Counted from the first letter of the stretch, positions 41,242-50,908 are shown. The stretch is DNA of 64,000 nucleotides from an uncultured virus (IMG/VR IMGVR_UViG_2846902752_000010) (IMGVR_UViG_2846902752_000010); one strand, 5' to 3'. The notes: a model not told the origin generated them from the letters alone. A program made the numbers and translations.

Positions 41242-42726
41242 TCAGTTCCAGTTGAATGTCAGAGACTTTGTCAGACGTTTGACGTTGCGGCGACTGACCG
41301 CAAAATAACGGAATCCGTCAGCATCGTGTGATGTGTAGTCGTGAAGTGGTTTATCTTTCCAGCACCCGCGTTTGTCATCCCATTCTTTCCGGTACGCCTC
41401 AAGGTGGGTAATGCCTTCGCCACACTTGTTCTCATCGAATACACAGAGCGGCAGGATTTCGCGCACTGCCTCAATACCCTCATCAACGGATAGCTTCGGC
41501 ACCACCTCAAAGCGGATGGAGTAGGTTTGCCCGTCAATTTCGTACCCTTCCTGCGCCAGTTCCCGGCGTGATTTCGCGTCTGAACCGAACTCGCGGTTGT
41601 CGATATCATGCGGCCCGTTGTGGCTGGCATATTCATAGCCTTTGTCTTTCAGTACTTTCATGTAGTGCCGCAGACCTTCGCCACTGTTTGAGTAGTGATC
41701 GATGATGTGAAATTCTTCACCGACTTCACGCACAAACCAGATTGACGTTGAGTCACCCACACCGATATCCCAGTAAGTATGCACCGGTAGGTGTGAGTTA
41801 TCAGGGATTTCGCCAATGCGTTTATTCTCGTACAGCCAGCGGAATTGCTTGGCGTAATACGCACCATCCACAGACTGCTGAAATGCCTCTGACGGTATCG
41901 ACGGGTATTCCCTCTTCATATCGTCGCCGAGTGTTTTTTCTTTGGCGTAGTACCAGGCTTTCTGCCGGTCGTTGAGCGTGATTCCATATTTGCCTGATAG
42001 CTCATCAAAATAGTCAGTCAGGCGTTGCGGTAACTGCTCAACAGGGTCGATTGCGTACTGCGGATTCTTCCACCAAGAGAAAAAGAAAAACTTCCAGTCC
42101 AGTGGAGATAATGTTTTGCCCTGCATCAGTGCTTTTTCAGCCAGTTGGCAATAATCGAAGAAATAACCGGCCCGACCCTCTGCCGTGCTCTCAATCGTCG
42201 TGAAGCATTCCGTTGATACCGCCTCAAACGCCCCTGTGACAATCTCACGGGCTTTCTCTGGCTGCTTGGCGCATATCTTCCCGAACTCCGATACGTGCAG
42301 GTAGCGCAGCGTACCGCCACGAAACGACACGGACACAGTCACCGAGCCGCCTTTGCTGAACACCAGTTCACCGGCGGAGTCATTACTCGCGGGATTGGCT
42401 GCTTTGATTTCGTCCGGCAGGCGCTCGTAGGCGTATTTGATTTTCTCCCGGAACAGGCGTTTTGCATCCGGCAGGGTGTGCGCTATCAGTGCGCACTTAG
42501 CTGATTCAAATATGGCCGCGTCAAGCTGGATAATGCAGACCTCAGTCGTGAATCCAAGCTGACGGGCTTTCAGAATGATATTGCGGTTGTGGATGCCTTC
42601 GAAATATTCTGTTTGCTCAGGCGTCATTTTGAAGCGAACCGGATGACCTTCTTTATCGGTGATCCAGTACAGATTATTCAGACGCCATTGCTTATTACGC
42701 AGTAACGCTAAATGCTCTGGCTTCAT
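41242..42726 (-). CDS. Terminase large subunit
   Basis: LKARQLGFT Walker A, LHVSE Walker B, IESTAEG, WDIG nuclease, HDADGFRY. Confidence 0.93.
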   Translation of the reverse strand: MKPEHLALLRNKQWRLNNLYWITDKEGHPVRFKMTPEQTEYFEGIHNRNIILKARQLGFTTEVCIIQLDAAIFESAKCALIAHTLPDAKRLFREKIKYAYERLPDEIKAANPASNDSAGELVFSKGGSVTVSVSFRGGTLRYLHVSEFGKICAKQPEKAREIVTGAFEAVSTECFTTIESTAEGRAGYFFDYCQLAEKALMQGKTLSPLDWKFFFFSWWKNPQYAIDPVEQLPQRLTDYFDELSGKYGITLNDRQKAWYYAKEKTLGDDMKREYPSIPSEAFQQSVDGAYYAKQFRWLYENKRIGEIPDNSHLPVHTYWDIGVGDSTSIWFVREVGEEFHIIDHYSNSGEGLRHYMKVLKDKGYEYASHNGPHDIDNREFGSDAKSRRELAQEGYEIDGQTYSIRFEVVPKLSVDEGIEAVREILPLCVFDENKCGEGITHLEAYRKEWDDKRGCWKDKPLHDYTSHDADGFRYFAVSRRNVKRLTKSLTFNWN

Positions 42727-42727
42727 A

Positions 42728-43255
42728 TTATTTGCCCGATAGTTCGTCCATCAGGTCAGAGAGAGTGCCGACAACATCATGCTCGCTTTTAATCTGGTCC
42801 CGGAATGCCTGGACAGATATGTGCTTACCGAGCAATTCAAGGTTCTTGACCTTGTCAGGCCATTTTATTTTCTTCAGGATGCCGATCATTTCCCGATTTT
42901 CACCACGTCCTTCAAACATATCAGCAAGGTCGAAGCCGCTCAGGTAGCGCCGCCATGATGCAGGCCAGTCGGAGACCGGCCTTATGCTCATGTCATCGGT
43001 CATAATGTCGAGAACATCCATCTGGTCTATTTCAACCAGGCGCTTCAGCACATATTCAGCATCAACCTTAAGTTGCTCACTGCGGCTGCTCATTAATTCC
43101 TGAATCCGTTTTTCGATGTCAGGTTTTGTCAGGTTTTCATTCCCGACACTTCGCGCAGTTTTATCACTGTACCCCGCACGAATAGCCGCCTGTGTGGCGT
43201 TCAAATCTACGAGGTACTCACGACAAAACATTTCCTGTTTATCTGTGAGTGCCAT
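42728..43255 (-). CDS. Terminase small subunit
   Basis: [28 protein letters not shown]. Confidence 0.93.
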   Translation of the reverse strand: MALTDKQEMFCREYLVDLNATQAAIRAGYSDKTARSVGNENLTKPDIEKRIQELMSSRSEQLKVDAEYVLKRLVEIDQMDVLDIMTDDMSIRPVSDWPASWRRYLSGFDLADMFEGRGENREMIGILKKIKWPDKVKNLELLGKHISVQAFRDQIKSEHDVVGTLSDLMDELSGK

Positions 43256-43257
43256 AA

Positions 43258-43455
43258 TTATTTCTTGCTCTTTTCCTCAACCACCGGAATGTATCTGATG
43301 TCGCTGATTTCATCCGGTGCGGTATATGTCCATGAGCCATCCAGACCAGAAATACCAATCAGTCCGTTAGTAATGCGGGGCTCTTTCATTGTTGTCAGTC
43401 CGTGATATGTCGTACCGTCCTTCTTGGTTGCTGTGACTTCGTATTTTTCAGTCAT
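43258..43455 (-). CDS. Small hypothetical phage protein
   Basis: GAGG RBS + ATG 43455; 65 aa before terS. Confidence 0.6.
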   Translation of the reverse strand: MTEKYEVTATKKDGTTYHGLTTMKEPRITNGLIGISGLDGSWTYTAPDEISDIRYIPVVEEKSKK

Positions 43456-43621
43456 GTCCACCTCAGTTGATTGATGTTCACCATTTCTTCCACCACGGCT
43501 GGTGTCGCCGCATATGAGGGGGTCTTTATCCCGGTGTTGCCGATTATTCTGGATGCCCACACGCTCGCTGTGAGGAGTGGCACTGGTCGTGGCTAATGTG
43601 GCAGAGGAGATCGGCGGCTCG

Positions 43622-43650
43622 CAGGTAATAAAAAACCCGCCGGAGCGGGT
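43622..43650 (-). repeat. 29-bp terminator-containing direct repeat, copy 2
   Basis: Identical to 38768-38796. Confidence 0.85.
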
Positions 43651-43724
43651 TGTTGTGTTTTATTTGCTGAAATATTTAATATTCAGTCCATTCAGTATCC
43701 CGGGGAATAAACCGGAATATAATT

Positions 43725-44243
43725 TTATTGAAATATAAGTATTCTTTCTCTGTCAAAACCATGTTCACCAGCAAAGCTGAGATACTCATTTAACAGCTCT
43801 GGCGGCATAGCTGGTGTTCGTGACAACACCCACAGGTAATCTTTATCGGGGCCAACAACCAGTGAGTACTGATAGTCATCATCAAGCTTAATAATATTGT
43901 AACCTCCATAGAAAGGTCCGAAGAAAGATACCTTTAACGCCCCAGTATCAGCTGAGTTAACAAAATAGGCCTTTCCGGTACTCTCTTTCCATTTATTGTT
44001 ACTCGCATCCCAACCCCTGTTGATAACCTTGACACCACCATCATCACGAAGAGAATAGTTAGCTGTAACTTTGCTTAAGCCTTTTTCAAAACGATTATCT
44101 ATCCTGGCAATTTCATACCAGTCACCTAAGTAATGAGATAAATCAAAAGGTTTAACCGGGGTTATATCTTTGGGTACCTTGACACTGCATCCATTAAGCA
44201 GAAACATGCCCAAAAACATAAAAACTGACTTTATCTGCATCAT
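43725..44243 (-). CDS. blc: Outer membrane lipocalin lipoprotein Blc
   Basis: LNGC lipobox, YLGDWYEIAR, LKVSFFGPFYGGY, YLWVLSR. Confidence 0.92.
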   Translation of the reverse strand: MMQIKSVFMFLGMFLLNGCSVKVPKDITPVKPFDLSHYLGDWYEIARIDNRFEKGLSKVTANYSLRDDGGVKVINRGWDASNNKWKESTGKAYFVNSADTGALKVSFFGPFYGGYNIIKLDDDYQYSLVVGPDKDYLWVLSRTPAMPPELLNEYLSFAGEHGFDRERILIFQ

Positions 44244-44501
44244 AACCTCATCAAGTTATTAACCAATGAGATACTTTCGCATAAAAAATGTGTTTGTACG
44301 ATCTATTCGATATTCAGCTGTAGTCATTACCCTTGTCTCAATACCATCGATACACAAGCGGATCTATAGGAAGGTTCTGGCTGGATGCATGCATGGCTGA
44401 TTTCCTGCAGGTAAGGTAATACTTTACCCAACACCATAAACGCCTGACATATGATTCACTTTATCTTAATGAATCACATTCGTTGAATCGCTACGGATAA
44501 T

Positions 44502-45410
44502 CTAGACACTTCCGAGCCGTTGATAATACTGGTTTTCATATTCTGTCGGTGACATCTGATCGCTAGAACCATGCCGACGCTTACTGTTATAAAACATTTC
44601 GATGTAATCAAAAATATCGCTGCGGGCTTCCTCCCGCGTTCCGTAGATCTTTTTCTTTATCCGTTCGCGTTTCAACAACTGGAAAAAGCTTTCTGCAACC
44701 GCATTATCGTGGCAGTTACCGCGACGGCTCATGCTGCCCTCCAGTCCGTGTGATTTCAGGAACGACTGCCACTCATGGCTTGTGTACTGACTGCCCTGAT
44801 CCGAATGAACCAGCACCTGTTTTTGGGGATTACGCCGCCATACAGCCATCAGCAGTGCGTTCAGGACAATGTCCTTTGTCATCCGGGATTGCATGGACCA
44901 GCCGATAATTTTGCGTGAGAACAGATCAACAACCACAGCAAGATACAGCCAGCCTTCGTGGGTCCTGATATAGGTTATGTCGGTTACCCAACGCTCATCC
45001 GGAGCATCCGGATTGAACTGTCGCTGGAGCCTGTTGGGCGACACAATACTGGCCTCGCCTTTACGTGCCCGCGGGCTCCGGTATCCGACCTGAGCCTTTA
45101 TCCCAACACGTTTCATCAGTCGCCAGACTCTGTTGACTCCGCACTGTTGCCCGCTGTCCCGCAGATCCAGATGGATCTTGCGATAACCATAGACGCATCC
45201 CGATTCCAGCCAGAACTGTTTAATCTGTCCTGTCAGTCTCAGGTCTGCCCGATGGCGTTGTGAATGCGGCTGCTGAAGCCATGCGTAAAAGCCACTGGGA
45301 TGAACATCCAGCACCCGACAGAGCAGGCGAACAGGCCAGCAACGGGCGTTGTCACGGATAAAGGCGTACCTCAGTCGGACAGTTTTGCGAAGTACGCCGC
45401 GGCTTTTTTT
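44502..45410 (-). CDS. IS3 transposase OrfB (DDE), expressed via -1 frameshift
   Basis: WVTDITY, HSDQGSQY, DNAVAESFF; A7G slippery site at about 45403-45410. Confidence 0.9.
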   Translation of the reverse strand, partial: KKSRGVLRKTVRLRYAFIRDNARCWPVRLLCRVLDVHPSGFYAWLQQPHSQRHRADLRLTGQIKQFWLESGCVYGYRKIHLDLRDSGQQCGVNRVWRLMKRVGIKAQVGYRSPRARKGEASIVSPNRLQRQFNPDAPDERWVTDITYIRTHEGWLYLAVVVDLFSRKIIGWSMQSRMTKDIVLNALLMAVWRRNPQKQVLVHSDQGSQYTSHEWQSFLKSHGLEGSMSRRGNCHDNAVAESFFQLLKRERIKKKIYGTREEARSDIFDYIEMFYNSKRRHGSSDQMSPTEYENQYYQRLGSV

Positions 45411-45649
45411 AATATGTCCCGTTCGTCAGTAACCCGCTTCAGCTCTTTCTGGAGACGGCGGATCTCGGCCTGAGCATCTGACTGTTCTTTATGAGTGGAG
45501 GAATCCGGACCGTACTTCTTTATCCAGGCGTAAAGGCTGTGGGTGGTGATATCGAGACGTGTTGCAACGCTGGAAACAGAATAACCACGATCAACAACCT
45601 GTTTGACTGCTTCAATTTTAAACTCTTCGGGATAACGCTTACCGCTCAT
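45371..45649 (-). CDS. IS3 transposase OrfA
   Basis: KRYPEEFKIEAV HTH; ERDILKKA. Confidence 0.9.
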   Translation of the reverse strand: MSGKRYPEEFKIEAVKQVVDRGYSVSSVATRLDITTHSLYAWIKKYGPDSSTHKEQSDAQAEIRRLQKELKRVTDERDILKKAAAYFAKLSD

Positions 45650-45956
45650 GGGCACCTCTCTTTAAGCCATCTTAAATGACTCTGAGGTGTCTGTTAAACC
45701 CGTGGCGATTCACGTAAAAAGCCCCGCCATTTAGCAATGGTACTATTGATTTACCAGCAAAATTGCCTGTATATTGAGCATCGTAGTTAGAGTAAATATT
45801 CTTTATCAATTGCCTATTTGCCCTGTTCTTACAGGGCATTTTTTATTTGTTCCGCATATTGTAATTACGGAATTATCGGGGATATACTCAACCCGAAGAT
45901 CACAATAAAAATATCCTGAATCTTTTATATATGCCCCCTCGTCATGGGGGGCTTTT

Positions 45957-46250
45957 TTACTTCATTCTCTCCGCGTCTATCTCCCGTATTGACCGCTTAT
46001 CGTGATTACAGTCAGCTATCGACTTCATGGCATCAGCCAGCAACAGGATTACATCGCCGTAGGTAAGTTCATCAGGAATAACCGGCTGCGGACAATCAGC
46101 GGTCAATTGTGGCGGTATCGGCACCACCGGCGCGGGAACGTATTCCGTCCGCGTATTTCCGCAACTCACTAACAGCATCAGCGGGAACAGGAGCAACAGC
46201 GCATTCGCTGTCCTTAAATACTGTCCTGATAACAGTCTTAAATTTGACAT
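45957..46250 (-). CDS. o-spanin Rz1-like lipoprotein
   Basis: LVSC lipobox, Pro-rich, overlaps Rz 3' end; start uncertain. Confidence 0.8.
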   Translation of the reverse strand: MSNLRLLSGQYLRTANALLLLFPLMLLVSCGNTRTEYVPAPVVPIPPQLTADCPQPVIPDELTYGDVILLLADAMKSIADCNHDKRSIREIDAERMK

Positions 46251-46473
46251 TCTCCGTGCCCTCTTCCTGTTTGGCTTTGATGTTGTCGAATGCCACGCGG
46301 TGTCTGATGGCAACGGCTGAAAGCGTGATGGTGTTTATCGTCTGTTGTGCTGACAGCTGTCCGGACAACGTTGTGTTATTCACCTTCAGTTGCTGGTTAT
46401 CCCGGTAAATGTCATATACCCACCAGACAGCAGCAATAAACAGCGCGGCAATTACCGTTTCTTTCCAGTTCAT
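46096..46473 (-). CDS. i-spanin Rz-like
   Basis: N-terminal TM, coiled coil, ECAVAPVP. Confidence 0.8.
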   Translation of the reverse strand: MNWKETVIAALFIAAVWWVYDIYRDNQQLKVNNTTLSGQLSAQQTINTITLSAVAIRHRVAFDNIKAKQEEGTENVKFKTVIRTVFKDSECAVAPVPADAVSELRKYADGIRSRAGGADTATIDR

Positions 46474-46628
46474 GGCGCTTCACACTCATAACAGATCACA
46501 CCGTCCAGCGGGTTACCCGGCAGTGACTTACAGTGAGTATCGAGTGAATACAGATAACAACCCGCCAACAGGCAGGCCGTCAGCAGGATGATAGCAATGA
46601 TGATCAGCACTAAAGGGTTCCGTGGCAT
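46470..46628 (-). CDS. 52-aa putative lipoprotein between endolysin and Rz (not in ORF track)
   Basis: [52 protein letters not shown]; stop overlaps Rz ATG. Confidence 0.6.
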   Translation of the reverse strand: MPRNPLVLIIIAIILLTACLLAGCYLYSLDTHCKSLPGNPLDGVICYECEAP

Positions 46629-47086
46629 ACCGCTTTCTCCGTTTCGCGCCGGTTAATCAAACCCTGCCACTGCTTACCACCAGCAAATGTCCAGCGTTTC
46701 ATTTCGTCACACGCCCCGGCGATATCACCGGCATTGAGTTTGCGCAGCATAGTGGAGCGCGAGAACGCGCCGGGGCCGACGTTGTAGACAAATGAATAGA
46801 TGGCCACCCGGGTATTGTCATCAATCGGCACTTTGATCATCGGGTCAACCGCGCGCCGGACTTTCGTCAGGTCGTTATGCAGCAGCGCCTTACATTCAGC
46901 ATCCGTATACAGCTTGCCGGGCTGAATATCACTACCTGTATGGCCATAACATACGGTGAGCACCCCAGCCACATCACGGTAAGGTTTGTACTCAACACCC
47001 TCATACGCGGGGATCAGCACCAGCGCACCGGCAATCGCCCCGGCGGCACAAGCGGCCATGACTTTTTTAAATAATCGGTTATTCAT
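46610..47086 (-). CDS. SAR-type endolysin (lysozyme)
   Basis: Weakly hydrophobic N-terminus; E-D-T triad (EG...[13 protein letters not shown]); GLINRR. Confidence 0.92.
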   Translation of the reverse strand: MNNRLFKKVMAACAAGAIAGALVLIPAYEGVEYKPYRDVAGVLTVCYGHTGSDIQPGKLYTDAECKALLHNDLTKVRRAVDPMIKVPIDDNTRVAIYSFVYNVGPGAFSRSTMLRKLNAGDIAGACDEMKRWTFAGGKQWQGLINRRETEKAVCHGTL

Positions 47087-47276
47087 GATGTTCTCCGGCT
47101 TTCAGTTGGAATTCTTTCCGTTTGTAATACCAGTTCACCAGGAACGTCCCGACAGTACAGATAATCCCGGCAACAATAGCCCACTGGTCCAGAGATAAAA
47201 CGCCAAAGGCAGAGGTTATAAGTCCCCAGGCGTATGCTGTAGGGCTGGAATATTTGTCAGGCATGCGCATATCCAC
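47079..47276 (-). CDS. Class II holin (pinholin, phage 21 S-like) with multiple starts
   Basis: M-D-M-R-M starts; two TMs; [11 protein letters not shown]. Confidence 0.85.
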   Translation of the reverse strand: MDMRMPDKYSSPTAYAWGLITSAFGVLSLDQWAIVAGIICTVGTFLVNWYYKRKEFQLKAGEHHE

Positions 47277-47485
47277 CCCCTGCGGAGTGTTCCGTATGTT
47301 GAGTGATAGGGAAATGCCGCAACCGGGTTATATGTTTTAAACAGGTTAAAATGAAGTGGCTGCGGCATTGTTCTGGTAATCCCACCAGCGGCGGGAAACA
47401 ATAAAAAGAGCACTGTGGCCGAATACGGATTAGGTAATGAGCCTGTCGTATTCCAATGCTCTTATTGTTGCGGGCAATAAAAAAG

Positions 47486-47501
47486 GCCGCACATGGCGAC
47501 C
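47486..47501. repeat. 16-bp direct repeat left of DUF3800 cassette (terminator hairpin)
   Basis: GCCGCACATGGCGACC vs GCCGCACATGGTGACC at 48710-48725. Confidence 0.7.
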
Positions 47502-47529
47502 TTAAATGTTTATTCCTAATCAACATATA

Positions 47530-47545
47530 CTGTTTTTAATTCCAG
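47530..47545. promoter_or_regulatory. Putative LexA box upstream of DUF3800 gene
   Basis: TACTGTTTTTAATTCCAG (CTG-N10-CAG), 7 bp before a TATAAT at 47553. Confidence 0.45.
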
Positions 47546-47693
47546 AAATTACTATAATGCATTGATTTTTAATAACTTATATCTATCTTAGCATCCATCT
47601 GATTATAACGTTTTCTCTGTTACTTATCTTTGTCTAATAAATATGCTTTAATCATTAAAATCGTTAACCACTTGTTTTGTGTACGCTAATGAT

Positions 47694-48503
47694 ATGACTA
47701 TTGAAAACAGCGATCCTGGTAAGTTGAGTTGGCACGTTTCCTGTGATGAATCAGGGATTGACGGACAAAAATTCTATGGATTCGGCAGTCTCTGGATGAA
47801 GTATCAGAGAAGAGGCGACTTCGTTCGTATTATTCGAGAACTTAGACAAAAACATAACTGCAGCGATGAAATTAAATGGCAAAAAGCACACTCAAAAAGA
47901 AATGCGGCCTTCTATGCTGATTTGGTTGATATCTTTTTCAAACACCCATGGCTTGCCTTTCATTGCATAATCATAGAGAAATCAATCGTGGAAAAAGGAT
48001 TTCATGATGGAGACTATGATCTGGCCATGAGGAAGCATTTTAATCTGCTTATATATACAAAAATAGATAATGTTATCAAGGCGCATCCCGAGAGAGACTG
48101 TGTTTTCAGAATTGAGGTTGATCCCTTGCCATCACGCTATAAAAAAGCTGATGAGGCATTTCACGTAATATGCAACAACATGCTCGCTAAAAAGCACGGA
48201 CGTAAAGATATAATTTCCAGTGTCGTCACGAAAGATTCAAAAGCCTCGGAGCACATACAAATTGCAGATTTTCTTCTGGGGGCTGTAATGTGTGCATACC
48301 AAGGTAAGGCATCTTCTGAAGCAAAAATTGCTGTATCAAATAATGTAGCCAGTTATTTAGGATGGGATACTCTTTTGCATGACACATGGATGACAGAAAG
48401 AAAATTTAACATATGGGCTTTTTTCGATCCAACAAAAGGCCCGAGAAAAATTAAAACCCAGCCAGTGAAATTAAAATATCCTCTTCCGGACAGAAAGAAA
48501 TGA
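47694..48503 (+). CDS. DUF3800 domain protein (predicted RNase H-like fold)
   Basis: N-terminal CDESG, EIKW, C-terminal DSK...IQIADFLLG motifs. Confidence 0.85.
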   Translation: MTIENSDPGKLSWHVSCDESGIDGQKFYGFGSLWMKYQRRGDFVRIIRELRQKHNCSDEIKWQKAHSKRNAAFYADLVDIFFKHPWLAFHCIIIEKSIVEKGFHDGDYDLAMRKHFNLLIYTKIDNVIKAHPERDCVFRIEVDPLPSRYKKADEAFHVICNNMLAKKHGRKDIISSVVTKDSKASEHIQIADFLLGAVMCAYQGKASSEAKIAVSNNVASYLGWDTLLHDTWMTERKFNIWAFFDPTKGPRKIKTQPVKLKYPLPDRKK

Positions 48504-48600
48504 TATCGACCTCACAGCCGATATGGTTGGAGTCCCAGTCAACCGACGAAGTTACCAACTAGGCGGTATCGCATTTGGGGGCCGCCTCCGCATTCCCAAA
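48503..48600 (+). ncRNA. Putative DUF3800-associated structured RNA
   Basis: GC-rich island of adjacent hairpins right after the stop: ATATCG/CGATAT, GGTTGG/TCAACC, AGTT/AACT, AGGCGG/CCGCCT; loop-loop complement CCCA/TGGG. Confidence 0.6.
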
Positions 48601-48709
48601 ATCATGAATTCATTTTTTCCCAGGATACTGAATCCGTGTCTTCATTTCAACAATAAAAGTTAACCCTTTGAACGCTAATGTCTTGAGTGCAGATACATAA
48701 GGACCGAAA

Positions 48710-48725
48710 GCCGCACATGGTGACC
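48710..48725. repeat. 16-bp direct repeat right of DUF3800 cassette
   Basis: 15/16 identity with 47486-47501. Confidence 0.7.
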
Positions 48726-48811
48726 CCTGAAATTTATGAAATATTTTTTATTTCACCCTTTTACTCTGATAGCATCAGGCTCTGATACTTTGCAATATAG
48801 GGTTAACTGAC

Positions 48812-49018
48812 ATGTATAAGGCTGGAACATTATTAATTATCGTACCTTTTCTTTTAGCTGCAGGATGCTCACCAAAAATCAAACACCAAACCGGTCAGGA
48901 TGCATGCGTAATAAAAATGGATACTCCGGAAGGGAACCAGCCAGGAAAAATAGACCAGGTAGATGGAAACAGCCCTGAATGCAGAGCTATAGAAAAATCA
49001 ATAAACAAAGCCATTTAA
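48812..49018 (+). CDS. Small lipoprotein moron
   Basis: AAGC lipobox; two further Cys. Confidence 0.65.
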   Translation: MYKAGTLLIIVPFLLAAGCSPKIKHQTGQDACVIKMDTPEGNQPGKIDQVDGNSPECRAIEKSINKAI

Positions 49019-49097
49019 CTTATTTATCATAGACATAAAAACCACTGATTATTTAACCTGACTACGCGTCCACACCAAACCTCTACAGCATAATAAT

Positions 49098-49166
49098 CAG
49101 TTGTTCGGAATAACCGAACATGTGAACTATCCGGAAATTCCGGAGAGTTGAGCCTGTAAGGTTATC
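49098..49166. repeat. Palindromic inter-moron repeat, copy A
   Basis: TGTTCGG-AATAA-CCGAACA and AACTATCCGGAAATTCCGGAGAGTT palindromes; related copies at 49904 and 51427. Confidence 0.7.
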
Positions 49167-49374
49167 ACTGAGTCTCTTCATCATGCTGGTTTATGCATAA
49201 CGGACATAAAACCACTGCCCCTCTTGCCACAACGATAGCCTGCTGAACTGCAGCGTGCTCTCCCCAGTAGTATCCAACATACACTGTACTTTTTGCCTGT
49301 TGTAATTTCGGACATGCCTTTTTATGCAGAACAGAACAAGTATCGCTGCCCGGTAACGTCAAAAAATAATCCAT
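49165..49374 (-). CDS. Small Cys/His protein (possible Zn binding)
   Basis: LHKKACP...CPLC. Confidence 0.6.
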   Translation of the reverse strand: MDYFLTLPGSDTCSVLHKKACPKLQQAKSTVYVGYYWGEHAAVQQAIVVARGAVVLCPLCINQHDEETQ

Positions 49375-49903
49375 ATACCCCGCCTGTTATTCTTTTATTC
49401 ACAGAAATATGGATAACACCCTGACAAGAATTTTAAAAATTAAAAAAACTGTTGATTTCGACCTTAGCCTGCTCAAACCACCCCACTTCCATCCCGACAC
49501 CCAATATCCAGCGGTTATGCTTCAGTACGGCTTTCAGTTTTGTTCCGGACCCCGCCGATCACATCACCTTCTTCCTTACCACCGGATTTGCACTATATTT
49601 AATACAGACAGAGCAAATTTAAGATTGCCAGCATGAAAACCTATACCGGTAAACGAGTCCCTTCATATCATTCTGAATGATAATCAAAACAAGACATCTC
49701 ACCATGGTTAATTTTTTTTAATTATATTACGTGTAAATACATACTATTACGCTATAATAAAAAGGTAATGAAATTTCCATAAAATAATGTCGCTTATTCC
49801 TTATGCCGGTTATTCCCAAACCGGCTTTTTTTGCATCTGAAATAAGAAACTGATTCAGTTCAACCGAACTAACCTGCGCTACCAGAGTCTCACAGCAAGT
49901 ATC

Positions 49904-49950
49904 CAGTTATTCGGAATAACCAAACATACGGCCCTCGGAAACTTCGGAAA
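49904..49950. repeat. Palindromic inter-moron repeat, copy B (degenerate)
   Basis: CAGTTATTCGGAATAACCAAACAT... Confidence 0.6.
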
Positions 49951-50143
49951 ACCTAACATGAAAGCCATTCTTACAAGTTGGAAAAATAAAAAAGCCTCAC
50001 CGAAGTGAGGCTTACACCGTAGTTATACCTTTAATCCACAAAATACTATTAACAACGGTGCATTATATATTATGTTAGGACTGTAATTTTCAGGCCTTGT
50101 AAAACCCGCCAATATTGGCGGGTTTGGAACAAAAAATCAGAAA

Positions 50144-50602
50144 CTAAGCCTTTATATCTTTATTTTCAATAGCTATCAACTGTGGTTTTTCTTCTTCCGG
50201 AATTTCATACTCTATATCCAATGTCAGCAATCCGCAGGATAATTCTGCATTCCGAATTTTGACATTCTTACCAAGGTTAAATTCTAATGAAAACTGGCTT
50301 TTTAATATCCCTTGGTGTACCCATTTCTCTGATTCATTAACTACTTCTGCAGGTTGTTTACCCTGAATACTAAGTTTGCCACCTTTCAATGATACCTCAA
50401 GATCATCTTCCCTGTATCCGGGAACACTAACCGTCAGTTGATAGTGCGCATCATTTAATTGCTTCAGGTTATATGGATGTTCTGAGGTTATTGGCCTGTT
50501 GCCCGTAAGTTGACTGAATAAACGGTCCATCTGGTCAAAGCGATTTGACAGCAAACTATCAGATAATGCCGGAAATAATGAAAAAGAACTAATATTCTGC
50601 AT
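50144..50602 (-). CDS. Small heat shock protein (IbpA/Hsp20 family)
   Basis: PYNL...VPGY...WVHQGI...GLLTLDIEYEIPEEEKP. Confidence 0.9.
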   Translation of the reverse strand: MQNISSFSLFPALSDSLLSNRFDQMDRLFSQLTGNRPITSEHPYNLKQLNDAHYQLTVSVPGYREDDLEVSLKGGKLSIQGKQPAEVVNESEKWVHQGILKSQFSLEFNLGKNVKIRNAELSCGLLTLDIEYEIPEEEKPQLIAIENKDIKA

Positions 50603-50678
50603 AATTCCTCCTTCAGTATTTCAATTTATTCTTTTTAAATACACATCATGGTATAACTTACCCTGATGCGTTATTTAT

Positions 50679-50703
50679 ATAGGGATGAGATCTTGACTTT
50701 CAA
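50679..50703 (-). promoter_or_regulatory. Sigma32 promoter for hsp20
   Basis: TTGAAA-N13-CCCTAT on minus strand. Confidence 0.7.
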
Positions 50704-50908
50704 TGACTCATTTACATTTCTTTACAAAAATCACTTCGTGACCAGCAACCAACCTCAGATTTTACAGCATAAAAATAGTTAAAAAGGCATTTGAATTTAT
50801 AGGGTAATAGACAATCTACTAAAGCTGCCCCCTGTTACTCAATAATTTACCTCCGATAATCAATAATGTCCTATACTTTATAGTGAAAAGCAAACCGGAG
50901 AGAAAAGT

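Larger units (their letters stand above)
44484..45712 (-). mobile_element. IS3-family insertion sequence, 1229 bp (ISEhe3-like)
   Basis: Terminal IRs TGAATCGC(T/C)ACGG; 3-bp target duplication CGT at 44481-44483 and 45713-45715; orfA/orfB. Confidence 0.92.

Noticed and set aside
43456..43620. N-terminal extension of ORF 43258-43560, or a structured RNA upstream of terS
   Set aside because: Better RBS at 43455; hairpins are present but pairing is too weak to support an RNA call by eye
47216..47526. ORFs 47216-47413 and 47257-47526
   Set aside because: No RBS or recognisable motifs; they span terminator and hairpin DNA upstream of the holin
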